Shown one piece after another: positions 1 through 12,999 of a stretch of DNA of 64,000 bases (position 1 is the first letter of the stretch; the number at the start of each line of letters is the position of its first letter). Origin of the DNA: Heterodontus francisci (lineage: Eukaryota); NCBI RefSeq assembly GCF_036365525.1, contig NC_090407.1, positions 25,857,860 through 25,921,859 on the forward strand, given 5' to 3'. Position numbers and translations under genes: made by a program. The notes under the pieces were generated by a model. It saw nothing but the letters and a program-made list of their open reading frames with translations, ran no database searches and was not told where the DNA came from.

Positions 1-307
1 GGGGGTTCCCTCAGCAGCAGGCTAGTTCACAGTAATTGGTTTTGGTTAGGACTCACTTGTCTGTTGATCTGAAAACTCTGAATTTAATATTGCTTTAATA
101 GTTTTGTTTCTATACAAATGCACATCAACCCTGTGCAATTTAAATATTGCTAATGGTAGTGTACAATATACATTTGAAATGGAAGCTGTTTAATGATTTG
201 CAGCCTCTTGGCACATAGGAACTTTTTAATTGGACTTTGTGCCTCGGGTATGGAGAGGGCAATGCACATGCGGATTGTTGGCCAGTAGCTGCAAGAAGTA
301 CAGAATC

Positions 308-1107
308 TGTTACAAACTGCTGGATAGCTCCTGAACTAAAGTAACCTGAGCTCAGACACTGGCCTGTGCTGGTAAAAACCAGTTTGAACTAATTAATTTA
401 TGTGACAGACAAGGGAGAGATATCACAGGAATAGAGCCTTATTTGGACACGGTGTGATACCGGGGTCTTTGGGCCTGGGCCAATAAGGAGAAGATACGAA
501 CAAGGTGAGCAGGCCTAAACCAACAGGAAAGGGCACGGTTTTGAAGAGATAAGAAAGAGAATAAGTACGGAGAATCTCAGGCATAGAGCCAGCGAGAAAC
601 TCTGGAAGTGGAAGACCCTGCGTGAGCAACGCGGCGGCGACGTAAAAGAGAGAGAGAGAGAGAGAGAGAGAACGGAACGCCTGGCCAGTGTCAGCTCTCC
701 CCTTTTTTGGGTATTATCCTTTGTTTTCTGTGACTAGGTCAGGGAAAGGTCACGAACCTAGTGGGTGTGCTTATTGATTCTAGCTAGCTTTGTTATTAAC
801 TGTATAACCCAGTCTGAGTTGCATGCTTTTGTTTAACCTCGTGTATAAGCCTTATTCTTACATTGTACAACAACGTGAATAAAGTAAATTGATAGTTAAA
901 GAAAGGACTGAGTTTCCTCCTCTTTGTACTAAGCTATTAACCATAGCCGGTGGATTAGGTGGAGGGTGGCTCTCCTGTAACCCCGATATCCCAAACACCC
1001 AGCCTGAGCCTGAATTAAGAGGACTTAGTCCCACATGACGGCCAGGATCAAGTGGGTGAAGGGAATAAAGGGGCCAAGGGGGATTTGACTCCGCGCCACG
1101 GTTTACA
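308..1107 (+). mobile_element. Possible solo LTR-like element (boundaries uncertain)
   Basis: TG...CA-compatible ends (tgttaca at 308; gtttaca ending 1107), internal (GA)n tract, AATAAA at 878-883 and composition unlike the flanking intron. No target-site duplication found. Confidence 0.3.
647..670. repeat. (GA)n microsatellite
   Basis: About 12 GA units read directly. Confidence 0.95.
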
Positions 1108-2066
1108 GGATATTGAGTAAGCAATGAATCGGGCTTAACTGTAGCAACCCTAGTTGAATAACTGATATGTGCAAAGTAGCTATTTAGTGAATTACAGATG
1201 GACTGTTGATACATTAGTGAATTCTCCTGTAAATGATTGATATTCTAAACTTGAGTGTTACCTTCTTACTAAAATGGCAGTGTCTTGCTGAATCTACAAT
1301 GACTTTTTCAATGACATGTTTGACTATCATATCTGGTAACGGGTAATTTAGGCAACATTTACTCTTTCTGCAGTGTTGATGTGAAGTTGTGGTTGGTGTA
1401 CATGCAGACTGAATCCAGCTTGTGACTCTGGGGCCTGACCTAACACTGAAACTAAGCAAAGTGAGAATCCCTGGGGGAAGAGTCCCACAGCACCTCATTT
1501 TGGAATCTGATTACACCTTCACTATCCGTTACAATCTAAGTTTAAAATTAGTGCAAAGTGATGTGAAGTGTGAATGCACCTGCAGACAAACTTCTGGTAG
1601 TGAAATGATTGTCCCTCCCCTTTAGGAGGTCTGCAGTATTTTACCAATCCTAGTGGTACAGCTAATGTTGCATCATCCTTGCTGCCCCAAGCACCTTTCA
1701 GTTTCTATTTTAAAATGACCATAAATCAAAGCGCATGATGCCTTTTATCACATCTGCCATGCTTCTAAACCCCACTTTGGTAGGCTTTAATTTCAATTAA
1801 CATATGATTTGTGGCACACTAAACTGGCATTTGCCTATTATACTTTTTCTGACTTTATCTGGTAAAATAGATTTTTCTTTTGATTTCACATTGCCATCAT
1901 ATTCACTGGGCTGCTTAATGTATTTGAAATCCATCTAATTTACTTTGGCTGATCATTACTGGGCTTTGTGTCCATCTCTGCCTTTGGCTTGGTGTTCAGG
2001 TGAATATTTTTACAGAGCAGCTGTGTACATACTTGTATATATGTTTGTGTGTTTCCTTTCTTACAG

Positions 2067-2116
2067 GAAATTGATCGACGACTGGAGGCAAAACTAAAGA
2101 TCCAACAGAAGGAAAA
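2067..2116 (+). CDS. SZRD1: SUZ RNA-binding domain-containing protein 1, coding exon 2 (EIDRRLEAKLKIQQKEK)
   Basis: Acceptor tttccttttcttacag-like pyrimidine tract ending at 2066, donor gtaag at 2117. The 50-nt exon matches SZRD1 EIDRRLEKKLKITQKE, and its phase 2 end joins exon 3 in frame. Confidence 0.93.
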
Positions 2117-2159
2117 GTAAGAACTATTTCTTTAAAAAAAAACCACTATAAAATTGTTA

Positions 2160-2820
2160 TTGGCTCCCACTGATGGCTCGACTGGTAAGTAGCCCACTCT
2201 GTAAAATTGAGGAAAGTCCCAGTTTCTGTCCTTATTCAGTGTTGCCATAACTGATCTCAGTTGGGGCAGCAGTACGCTAGCAAATTGAGGTATGATTAAA
2301 TAACCATTAAGATTATCAAATCTCATCCCTCTAGTCTCTGAATTCTCCCATCACAGGAGCCAACTCTAATTCAAACATGTCTTTGCCTCAACTGTCCCAT
2401 CTAAGCCAGACATTTTATCATATTTGAGTAAAGGTGTTCTTGCTAATATGTTTTGATTTTGCTTTTCACTAATTTAATTTGATTTAATGTCCTTTGGTTG
2501 TACTTCTCTAACTTTTGAAGTACTGGGTTTGCTTTATCTATACCATATACTTTGAGTTTCTCTCTTAATTGCCTCCTTCCTACACTAGAGAGGTGGAAGA
2601 TCAGCCAGGGTTCAGGTGCCTGATGCTATAAGTGACTTCTGTTGGGAATGGTGCATATGTACAGCGTGGAGAGGATAGGATCTGGCTTGGCTGTGATGTT
2701 CACAACTTGATATTCTGCTTATGCTTACTCTCTATACTGGCATCACAAGGCTGATGCTGCCAATGGAACTGTAGCCCAGGATGAGCCAGTGCCTACCAGA
2801 GAGGAGGAGAGACATTAGGC
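2160..2820 (+). mobile_element. LF-SINE-like element, split (about 2160-2310 and 2590-2820)
   Basis: Motifs ctgatctcagttggggcagcagta, tcagccagggttc, ggatctggcttggctgtgatg and ggaactgtagcccag, shared with the copy at 58553-58985. Confidence 0.55.
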
Positions 2821-2864
2821 AAAGGAAAATACTTTAGAAAGACTATATTTTAATTTTCCAATAG

Positions 2865-2955
2865 AAAGTGCTGGAAAAACTCAGCAGGTCTGGCAGCATC
2901 TGTGGAGAGAGAAGCAGAGTTAATGTTTCAGGTCAGTGACCCTTCTTCAGAACTC
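2865..2955 (-). mobile_element. Short Penelope-like terminal repeat fragment
   Basis: gctggaaaaactcagcaggtctggcagcatctgtggagagagaagcagagttaatgtttcagg. The same motif recurs at about 10750-10870, 21395-21490, 37195-37290, 46805-46935, 61105-61200 and 61995-62110. Confidence 0.65.
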
Positions 2956-2959
2956 TGCT

Positions 2960-4862
2960 TCTTAGAGAGGATAAACCGTGGGTCTGAATGGATTGCATCT
3001 AAGGAAAGGATAGTGACACTAGTTAAGGGGACTGCCAGAAGTAGAAAAGCAAATCTTTACTCAAAGATGTAATAGAAAAAAATTAGACACCGAGAAATAA
3101 TAGCATGGATTTTAGAAGGGAATGCCTTGCTTGACTAACTTTATTGAATTCTTTGAAGAAGTAACAGAGTAGACAAAGAGTAATTTGGTGGATGTAATAT
3201 ACATGGACTTTCACAAGGCCTTTGATAAGGTACCACAAAGTATACTTCCACTCTCTTTGGAGTATTTGGTACTAAGAATGGTAGCAGTGGGCCAAAAAGG
3301 GGATTTACACATGGAGGCAAAGGGCATGGCTGAGGTACTAAATGAGTACTTTACTTCCTTGATAAAGGCGTGCAGATTCTACCAAAGTCATAGTGAAAGA
3401 GGAGGTAGTTGAGATACTGGATGGTCTAAAAATTAATAGAGGAAGTATTAGGAAGACAGCTGTACTTAAAGTTGATAAGTCACCAGGACACGATGAGATG
3501 CATCTGAGTATACTGAGGGAAGGAAGGGTGGAAATTGCGAAGGCACTGGCCATAATTTTCCAATCCTCAAATACAGGGGTTGTCCTAGAGAACTGGACAA
3601 TTGCAAATATTGCACCCTTGTTCAAAAAAAGGTATAAGAATAAGCCCAGCAACCATAGGCCAGTCAGTTTAATCTTGGTGGGAAAGCTTATAGAAACAAT
3701 AATCTGGGACAAAATTAAATCACTTGGATAAATGTGGATTAATTAAGGAAAGCCAGCATGGATTTGTTAAGGGCAAATTAGGTTTAACTAACTTGCTTGT
3801 GTTTTTTGGTGAGGTAACAGTGTTGATGAGGATAATGTGGTTGATGTGTACATGGGTTTCCAAAAGGCATTTGATAAAGTGCCACATAACAGGCTTGTTA
3901 GCAATGTTGAAACCCATGGAACAAAAGGGACAGTGGCATCATGGATATGAAGTTGGCTGAGTGATAGAACAAAGAAAATTACAGCACAGGAACAGGCCCT
4001 TCGGCCCTCCAAGCCTGCGCCGATCCAGATCCTCTATCTAAACATGTCGCCTATTTTCTAAGGGTCTGTATCTCTTTGCTTCCTGCCCATTCATGTATCT
4101 GTCTAGATACATCTTGATAGGAAACAATAGTGGTGAATGGGTGTTTTCTGGACTGGAGGAAGGTATATAGTGATATAAATGGGTTCCCCAGGGGGTCGGT
4201 ATTAGAACCACTGCTTTTCTTTATGTATTAATAACCGAGACTTCGGTTTGCAGGGCACAACTTCAAAATTTGCAGATGACACAGAACTTTGGGTATTGTG
4301 AACATTGAGGAAGATAGTGATAGACTTTAAGAGGAGGTGGCCTGGTGAAATGGGTGGTCACATGGCAAATCAGATTTGATGCAGAGAAATGTGAAGTGAT
4401 GCATTTTGGTAGGAAGAACAAGGAAAAACAATATAAAATTAATACTATTCAAAAGGGGATGCCGGAACAGAGGGACTTGGGGGTATATGTGCACAAATCC
4501 TCAAAGATGGCAGGGCAGATTTGAGAAAGCAGTTGACAAGGCATATGGGATCCTGGGCTTTATAAATAGTAGCAAGGACGTTGTGCTGAATCTTAATAAA
4601 ACACTGGTTCAGCCTTAACTGGAGTTGTGTCCAATTCTGGACAGCACACTTCAGGAAGGATGTGAAGGCATTGGAGAAGATGCACATAAGATTTACGAGA
4701 ATAGTTCCAGGGATGAGGGACTTCAGTTACGTGGACAGAATGAAGGAGCTGGGCTGTTCTCCTTAGAGAAGGTTGAGGGAAGATTTGATGGAGGTGTTCA
4801 AAATCATGAGGGGTCTAAACAGAGTAGGTGGGGAGAAACCATTCTTAGTGGTGGAAGAGAAC
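2960..4862 (+). mobile_element. Degraded CR1 LINE ORF2 (reverse transcriptase) fragments
   Basis: Translated motifs VDVIYMDFHKAFDKVP, KVDKSPGHDEMH, NHRPVSL, QHGFVKGK and KFADD, with many stops and frameshifts. The 3' end continues at about 6301-6600 after a younger CR1 insertion. Confidence 0.9.
3967..4114 (-). mobile_element. 5'-truncated CR1 3'-end insertion in antisense inside the older CR1
   Basis: Reverse complement of the CR1 tail (cagcacaggaacaggcccttcggccctccaagcctgcgcc), with tgatag on both sides. Confidence 0.7.
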
Positions 4863-6300
4863 CAGAGTACTGGAGAAAAGCCAATGTTGTTCCTTTGTTT
4901 AAGAAGGGTAGCAAGGATAATCCAGGAAATTATAGGCCGGTGAGCCTTACGTCAGTGGTAGGGAAATTTATTAGAGAGGATTCTTCGGGACAGGATTTAC
5001 TCCCATTTGGAAACAGACAAACTTATTAGCGAGAGGCAGCATGGTTTTGTGAAGGGGAGGTCGTGTCTCACTAATTTGAGTTTTTTGAGGAAGTGACGAA
5101 GATGATTGGTGAAGGAAGGGCAGTGGATGTTATCTTTATGGACTTCAGTAAAGCCTTTGACGAGGTCCCTCATGGCAGACTGGTACAAAAGGTGAAGTCA
5201 CACGGGATCAGAGGTGAGCTGGCAAGATGGATACAGAACTGGCTCGGTCATAGAAGACCGAGGGTAGCAGTGGAAGGGTGCTTTTCTGAATGGAGGGATG
5301 TGACTAGTGTTCCGCAGGGATCAGTGCTGTTTGTAGTATATATAAATGATTTGGAGGAAAATGTAGCTGGTCTGATTAGTAAGTTTGCAGACGACACACA
5401 GGTTGGAGGAATTGCGGATAGTGATGAGGATTGTCAGAGGATACAGTAGGATATAGATTGGTTGGAGACTTGGGCGGAGAAATGGCAGATGGAGTTTAAT
5501 CCGGACAAATGTGAGGTTATGCATTTTGGAAGGTCGAATGCAGGTGGGAAGTATACAGTAAATGGCAGAACCCTTAGGAGTATTGACAGGCAGAGAGATC
5601 TGGGCTTACAGGTCCACAGGTCACTGAAAGTGGCAACGCAGGTGGATAAGATAGTCAAGAAGGCATACGGCATGCTTGCCTTCATCGGTCGGGGCATTGC
5701 GTATAAAAATTGGCAAGTCATGCTGCAGCTGTACAGAACTTTAGTTAGGCCACACTTAGAATATTGCGTGCAATTCTGGTCGCCACACTACCAGAAGGAT
5801 GTGGAGGCTTTGGAGAGGGTACAGAAGAGGTTTACCAGGATGTTGCCTGGTCTGGAGGGCATTAGCTATGAGGAGAGGTTGGATAAACTCGGATTGTTTT
5901 CACTGGAACGACGGAGGTGGAGGGGCGACATGATAGAGGTTTACAAAGTTATGAGCGGCATGGACAGAGTGGATAGTCGGAAGCTTTTTCCTAGGGTGGA
6001 AGAGTTAGTTACTAGGGGACATAGGTTTAAGGTGAGAGGGGCAAAGTTTAGAGGGCATGCGCGAGGCAAGTTCTTTACACAGAGGGTGGTGAATGCCTGG
6101 AACTTGCTGCCGGGGGAGGTGGTGGAAGCAGGTACGATAGCGACGTTTGAGGCATCTTGACAAATACATGAATAGGATGGGAACCGAGGGATCCGGTCCC
6201 CGGAAGTGCAGAAGGTTTTAGTTTAGGCAGGCATCAAGATTGGCGCAGGCTTGGAGGGCCGAATGGCCTGTTCCTGTGCTGTACTGTTCTTTGTTCTTTT
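4863..6300 (+). mobile_element. Young 5'-truncated CR1 LINE (RT domain, C-terminus and 3' tail)
   Basis: ORFs 4625-5029, 5093-5449 and 5462-6160 give WRKANVVPLFKKG, NYRPVSLTSVVGK, DFSKAFDEVPH, SKFADDT and LYRTLVRPHLEYCVQFWSP. The tail is ggccgaatggcctgttcctgtgctgtactgttctttgttcttt. Confidence 0.95.
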
Positions 6301-7059
6301 GACACCAATTTAAGAATGGCAAAAGAAACAAAGGTGACACGAGGAAAAGCTTTTCGTCGTAGCATTTGGAATGCACTGTCTGAGTGTGGGGAACGTAGAT
6401 TCAAACGTGGCTTTCAAGAAAGAATTGGAAGATTATCTGAAGAGAAATAATTTGTAGGGCTACAGGGAGAATGCGGGCGAGTGGGTCTAGCTAAGTTCTT
6501 TCAGAGAGCTGGCATGGACACGATGGGTCGAGTGGTGGCCTCCTGTGCTGGATGCAATGGGCTGAGCCTGGGTCGTCTCCTGTGCTGTAACTATTCTATG
6601 ATTTTCCTTTAAATTAGCTTGCGGGGTACTTATCTAAAATGTGGCAGCAGTTGGAGTCTCTGCAATTGGCTTCAGTGACTTGTGCTTGAGAGTGGGAGAG
6701 GGAAATCCATCAGGATTAGTAATTTTATTATTTATCTCATGACTGCTGCTGGGATGTGTAGACCATCATTGATGAGATTAGGCTCAGGTGAAATGGTTCA
6801 GTTGTTCTAGCTCTTGATACTCACTCGCAGGTGAAGGTTGACTGCCTGAGTCTGGTTGCTGCACCCCAACAATTGTCGTCACCTTCAAGGAAGGAAGGGG
6901 ACAGAAATTATGTAGAAATTTTTTTTCTTCAATCTGACTAATTCATCATGGGCAAAGTTGAGGCAAACGGGCATCTTTTTTTTTTCCAATTTGGCAAGTT
7001 GGACGTTTTTTGGAAGTGTGTGCTGGAACTGTTTTAATTTGGGATGTGATTAGAGTCAG

Positions 7060-7620
7060 TCATTATGGCACCGAAAGAGGCCATTCGGCCCATCAAGTCC
7101 GTGCCAGCTCTCCAGAGCAATCCAGTCAGTCCCATTCCCCCAGTCTATCCCTGTAGCCCTGCAAGTCTATTTCCCTCAGGCGTCCATCCAATTTTCTTTT
7201 GAAAACATTCATTTGTTTCTGCTTCTATCACCCTCGTAGGCAACGAGGGCCAGGTCATTACCACTCACTGCATAAAAATAGGTTTTCCTCACATCCCTTC
7301 TGCATTTCTTGCCCAAAACCTTAAATCTGTGTCCCCTAGTCCCAGTACCATCAGCTAATAGGAACAGTTTTTCTTTGTCTACTTTATCTAAACCTGTAAT
7401 AATCTTGTACATCTCTATCAAATCTCCCCTCGATCTCCTTTGCTCCAGGGAGAACAACCCCACCTTCTCCAACTTAACCTTGTAGCTAAAATCCCTCATT
7501 TTGGAGCCATTCTGGTAAATCTCCACTGCACCCCCTAAAGAACCCTCACATCCTTCCTAAAATGTGGTGACCAGAACGGGACACAATACTCCCGTCGTCA
7601 CCTAACCAGAGCTTTATAAA
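7060..7620 (-). mobile_element. CR1 LINE 3' fragment
   Basis: ORF 7209-7526(-) LEKVGLFSLEQRRSRGDLIEMYKI...TRGHRFK plus the CR1 3' tail. Confidence 0.9.
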
Positions 7621-10111
7621 GGTGCATTTACTTTAGTTTGATGGTTCCAGTGGTTTATCTGCCTTGTGCTGATGCATTCTTCTTCTGTGGTGAAAGTCTG
7701 AGAGTGGGGAAGGGATAGTGAAACTCATCACAAAAATTGTCTTCTACCGTATTCATCTTCCCAGAAAACAAGTGTCATCTTGGCTCACTTTGCAGCAATC
7801 GTGCTACATTGTCAGGATTTGAGCATGTAATCTGGGCTCCCCATTGAATATAGTCCTTAGGGAGTGCTGCAGAGGTGGCAATGTTGTCTTCCTGGACCAA
7901 CCGAGACAACCAGAAACAGATTAATAGGCATTTATTGCAGTTGCTGGTTGTGGGATTTGCTGTAGGCATATTGGCTGACACTTTTTTTTACCCAGTGTGC
8001 ATGTGTGTATGTAAGATCTTTTCAAAAGTTGTAAGTGATGAGATACTATCTAAATGTAACTCCTTTTCGGAGGAGTGTGCTGATGTACTGAAACAACCGA
8101 CTGTGGATCTTGTGATACAAGGCCCGTTGTGGAACTGGTATTTAGCAGCACACGTATAAATTAGCTCAGAAGAATCACTTTTTTTTTAAACCTGAGATGG
8201 CAGTCAGTGACCGGGAGCGGTAATGACACATGCAGATGTGAAACTGGATGGCAGCGGTAATAGAAGTTCCAACCTCAACATGAAAACGACATTTCAGGAA
8301 TCAAATACTTTGCCAGGGATTTCAAATTCTGATCATTATCCAGTGATCAACTTTACATCTGCTATGGGTGAGTGCTTTTCAAACTTCTGTTTGGAGAAAA
8401 AGCTTGCCAATGTGGATGGACTTCTGTTCCAACTTCCAAACGGTAGTCCGCTATCCAAAAGAAAATAGTCCTGTACAACTGCAGAAAATTCATTGGTACG
8501 CAGCAATGGAAATAACATGCAGAAATGTGAAATCTAATGATCGTGTTGATCCCTCGGGATCTGAGGGTCCCAGGTTGAAAATTTGTGTCATAAATAGAGA
8601 GGGAGAGAGAACAGAGAGAATCGGATTTAGCTTTTTTTTTGTGTGGGATGGTGGGGAGAGAGAACAGCCTGATTAGATTTGCTGTTAGATCCACACTTCA
8701 AGGATTACCATTTTGCTGCGGTGCTGGAGGGTCTGCAGTGCTCATGATGCTTAGCACAGTGACTTTCCAATAACTTGAGGATGAGGGGTCAGGCTGAAAA
8801 ATTGAAAGAAGGAAAAGATGTAGAGATCATGTGTCCAAGGAGCTAGACTGCTCTGTGCTAAAAGCATTTAGGTAAATGTAACACGGTGGCCTGAGGTGGG
8901 TAATCTCTTGCCCTTTTGGGATAGAAGTGCACAACTGCAGGTGTGAGTCACTGGTGACATCCAAATAAGGAAAGTGACCTACATAGCATGTTATATATTA
9001 TTGATGAAGGCAGCTATTTGCAATATACAGTCGCCCAGCAATTGAAAATATCTTAATTAACAGAAGAGCCCGAATGTCTATACCCTCTGAGCTTACCAGT
9101 AATAATTTAAGGAAAATAAAACGATATTGGGATTCTGCAGCCCAGGGAGCACTTAAATTTTGATCTCACCCCGTGTTTACTTAATAGTGCTTGTGAATTT
9201 AATTAAAAGGACATTTTCACCTGAGCAGCATGTAATTCTGCATTTCATGGTGACATTCCTGTACTTCATATAAGTGTATCGTTCAACTTGCCATGACCAT
9301 GGCTATGTGAGATCCCCTAAACTGCAAAATAAAACCTATTCATTCCCCAGCAGAGAACTTTTAATCTCAAATGTTTCACTAAAAAGTCTGTAACCAGTTG
9401 TAACAAGTGGTTCGATTGCTTATGATTCCACTCCCTATCTCTGTTGCCTTTCAGTTAATGACTGCTGCCATTAATTGGCAGCAATCAGTTTGTAATCCGA
9501 TCATCACATGATTTTGGGTGGGGAGTGTATACACTGATTCAAAAGCTGTTGCAGATCTGTGGGACTGGATAGACCAGAGTGTCTTTTCTCATCTGTCATG
9601 GATTGTAACCATGAAAATGAAGAAGTGCCAGTAATCTGAGTTTGCAGGTGCATTAAACATGGTTTAGAAGTTGCCATTTCACTTGGATTTTGAGCAGTCA
9701 GAACAAAGATTACATTATAGTGCTGATTAGCAGGCTCAGCTCAGAGTAGAGACCTTCTGAATCTGTGTCTCAACATCAATATCCTGTAATGTTACTCACT
9801 GAGCCATTGAACATCTCTGACTATTTTGTTATGGCAGTTTAAAAAAAAAAAATTCAACTCCTTTCTCTGTCTGGCCTAAGAGTCAGTGCACACCTTGCTG
9901 TTCGGCAACCATCAGTGTACCGACCATATCACCTCTTCCCTGCTGAGCATTAGCACAACTGTTCTTCCTCAGCACAGCTATGGTTCAAGTTCTGCAATAA
10001 TTGGTTCTTGATCTGTGTCCCAGTTGTATGCTGCCTCCTTTTTGTGTTTGACAAAGCATTTGGGGTGGGGTCCAGAAATTCGGTCATAAACCTGTTTTTA
10101 TATTTAAACAG

Positions 10112-10360
10112 GAAATCAAAGCTGGCACCTAAAGTTCCCATCGTCATACAGGATGACTTCCATCCAACGCCCTGTGCTCCACAGATCCGTATTCTAAAGA
10201 GACCGACGAGTAATGGGGTGGTCAGCACGCCGCACTCTGCTACAAGACCTCCTCCACAAGTGAAGTCACTGGCCCAGAGAGAAGCTGAATACGCAGAGGC
10301 ACGGAAACGGATCCTGGGGAGCGCAAGTCCTGAAGAAGAAGATAAAACTAATACCGACAG
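10112..10360 (+). CDS. SZRD1: SZRD1 coding exon 3 (SUZ domain: QIRILKRP...[19 protein letters not shown])
   Basis: Acceptor tttaaacag (AG at 10110-10111), donor gtaaat at 10361, 249 nt, with hallmark SUZ motifs. Confidence 0.96.
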
Positions 10361-10529
10361 GTAAATGACAGGGCACAGGATGCAGTCTCTACCAAAGTTC
10401 TGGTTTATAGTAACTGACTCGAGTTGAGCCTAGCAGCCATTTACTCATTCACTTTGAACAAGTCTAATGTGGCACCTGCTGTATGTACCTACAGCAGTTG
10501 AGTTCAACAGAAGCTGTTGATAATTTTGC

Positions 10530-10870
10530 TATCCCATTTACAGCTCTAGACTATCTTTTTTTCTTTAATTATCCTATTGCCATCTCCTTTTATCTTATGC
10601 CATCATCCCTTTTGACATTTAATCTTTTTTGTCTTCCGTCCTATCAAAGACCTTCCCTTCTGTTGTTCCCACCCTATCATCCCCTATCCCCACCTCTGCA
10701 CTTGCTTAAAGGTTGTTGCAACAATTTAACTCTTTCCAGTTCTGCCAGAAGGTCATTGACCTGAAACATTAACTCCATTTCTCTCCACAGATGCCACCTG
10801 ACCTGTTTCCAACAACTTCTGTTTTCATTTCAGATTTCCAGCACCTGCAGCATTTTGCTTTTGTATTAGT
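10530..10870 (+). mobile_element. Penelope-like element 3' region
   Basis: Pyrimidine-rich body followed by the recurrent terminal motif. Similar to 37000-37290. Confidence 0.6.
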
Positions 10871-12652
10871 AGGTAATTCATTGTCTAGTTTCAGACTTCC
10901 TACAAACATTTGCTTCTATTATCATTGGAATTATCTTATTCATTTGAGCCTAGCATGTGATGTCTGCCAATATTCTACTCTTGGGAGGGAAAGTAATTGG
11001 CCTTACTGGGAAAAGTTTTGGAGGACAGCCTTCCCACTTACCACAGGTAACCAATAGGAGAGGGTAAATCCCTTGTATATGGTCGGTCAGTTAGTTGGTC
11101 AGGTCTGCTGAGAAGGTCGCCAGTAATACAGGCAAGTCTCCTTTTAAGAAAGCTTTTCATGTACTCTTGTTTTACTCTAAGTACGCTATCAAATGATTTG
11201 AATATTGGATAGTACGTGTGTCCTGAACCTAAGACAGACGACCAATATGAGTGCCATAGAACAACAGAGGATATCTGAAACTTGCAATTAGAAGTGGGAA
11301 CTATTACTAGCTGTTGACTACTGCTGGAAAGTGAACATATGTGAATATTGAGCAAGAACAGAATTAGATTTGTCTGTGATACTCTGTCGTCAAATAGCCT
11401 GCCAATACTTGCAGTTTACCTGCTCATCCCAGATGTTGCCTGAATCCTGGCAGTAATTTCCATTGTACATAAATAACCTAATTTGGAAACCGTGATGTTA
11501 CTTGTCCCATTTCTCAAAATACCCAAGTGAGGAGCCATTCCCTTCTGTTTTAGCCAAAGGGACCTGATAGCACAAGGAAATGAAGCAGTAGAATTCAAGA
11601 AGTTGCCTATTTGGATCATTTGAGGTACTCTACCTTCGTGCCAGTCACAGTTGAAATGAGAACTTATTCCACTTTGCTGCCATGTTGGGGGTGGGGATAG
11701 AGAAAAGAGTCCAGGGCCAGTGAAAGGATTTATTATTTTAAATAACCTGTTCTTTTATGATTCAAGAAGGCATACCAGCTCTTAGACATGTCCAGCCATG
11801 GTCATTACTGCTGAACTTAGCCAAAGAGAGAGATTTCAAATTAAGTCGCTGCCTAAAATGATTCAAAGATGTTGATTGCAATAAACCCGAAGGATCCTTT
11901 CTTCCAAATGGCAAATTTCACCTACCCAATAGGACGTTGAAGTTTCATATAGTTTCAATACCTGCATATCTATGCATATTGAGACAATGGATAGATATGC
12001 TATTGAGACTGCAAGGGCCACATTATAGAAAGTTTCCTCCAAGTCTTATTAGTTTGAAAAATGTGACTTAATCATTATCTCCTGTACATGAACACCTGTT
12101 TTTAAAGCTTTCTAAAAATAGTCTCATTTTCTAATGGGCCAATTTCAACAGGTGCATGGTCAAATAGTTAGCCTTGTTGTACTTTTAATCCCTGGTCCAC
12201 ATTTAATTGATGTCTTTGTAAAGGTAGAACCATAATTGTCTTGTTTATAAATTAGTGTCATTGACTGCTTGCTGGGGTAAGGCCCATGAACACTGGGGAC
12301 CCTCTGGTAATTTGCACAGTAGCTGTGACCTCGGATAAGTGCTTGGTTTCATTTAGAAACACTCTCATGGTCAGTAGTCCATGCTAGGTTTGACTAGCTC
12401 CTCCCCATGTGATTTGACATAGACATAGACAAACACTACTACCATCTTTTTATCCCAATACCTTATGGGACACCACTTGTGGTGTGCAGAAGATATTCGT
12501 ATTGACAGAACTAGGTCAGTTTGTAAAGTTGCATGATTTTGTTCCTTATAGGACACGTAGACCAGCCTATACTGCTTGCAAAAGAAAACTGGCTAAATGA
12601 TAAAGTAAATGCATTTTACATTATCAGCTTGCACATAAATCTGTATCCTATT

Positions 12653-12999
12653 GGGCGGCACAGTGGTGCAGTGGTTAGCACTGCAGCCTCACAGCTCCAG
12701 GGACCCGGGTTCGATTCTGGGCACTGCCTGTGTGGAGTTTGCAAGTTCTCCCTGTGTCTGCGTGGGTTTTCTCCGGGTGCTCCGGTTTCCTCCCACAAGC
12801 CAAAAGACTTGCAGGTTGGTAGGTAAATTGGCCATTATAAATTGTCACTAGTGTAGGTAGGTGGTAGGGAAATATAGGGACAGATGGGGATGTTTGGTAG
12901 GAATGTAGGATTAGTATAAATGGGTGGTTGATGGTCGGCACAGACTCGGTGGGCCGAAGGGCCTGTTTCAGTGCTGTATCTCTAATCTAATCTAATCTA
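12653..12999 (+). mobile_element. tRNA-derived V-SINE (HE1-like), full length
   Basis: A/B-box head gggcggcacagtggtgcagtggttagc...ggttcgattc, V-domain tgcgtgggttttctccgggtgctccggtttcctccca, CR1-like tail and (tctaa)n end. Confidence 0.9.

Noticed and set aside
5462-6160. 232-aa ORF as a host gene or active retroelement
   Set aside because: It is the C-terminus of CR1 ORF2 in a 5'-truncated copy with upstream frameshifts and a stop.
8223-8468. 81-aa ORF in SZRD1 intron 2
   Set aside because: No homology recognised and no clear in-frame splice sites. It is kept only as part of the repeat-poor block finding.
12653-12725. tRNA-like sequence with A and B boxes
   Set aside because: It is the head of a multi-copy V-SINE (four copies in the window), not a tRNA gene.
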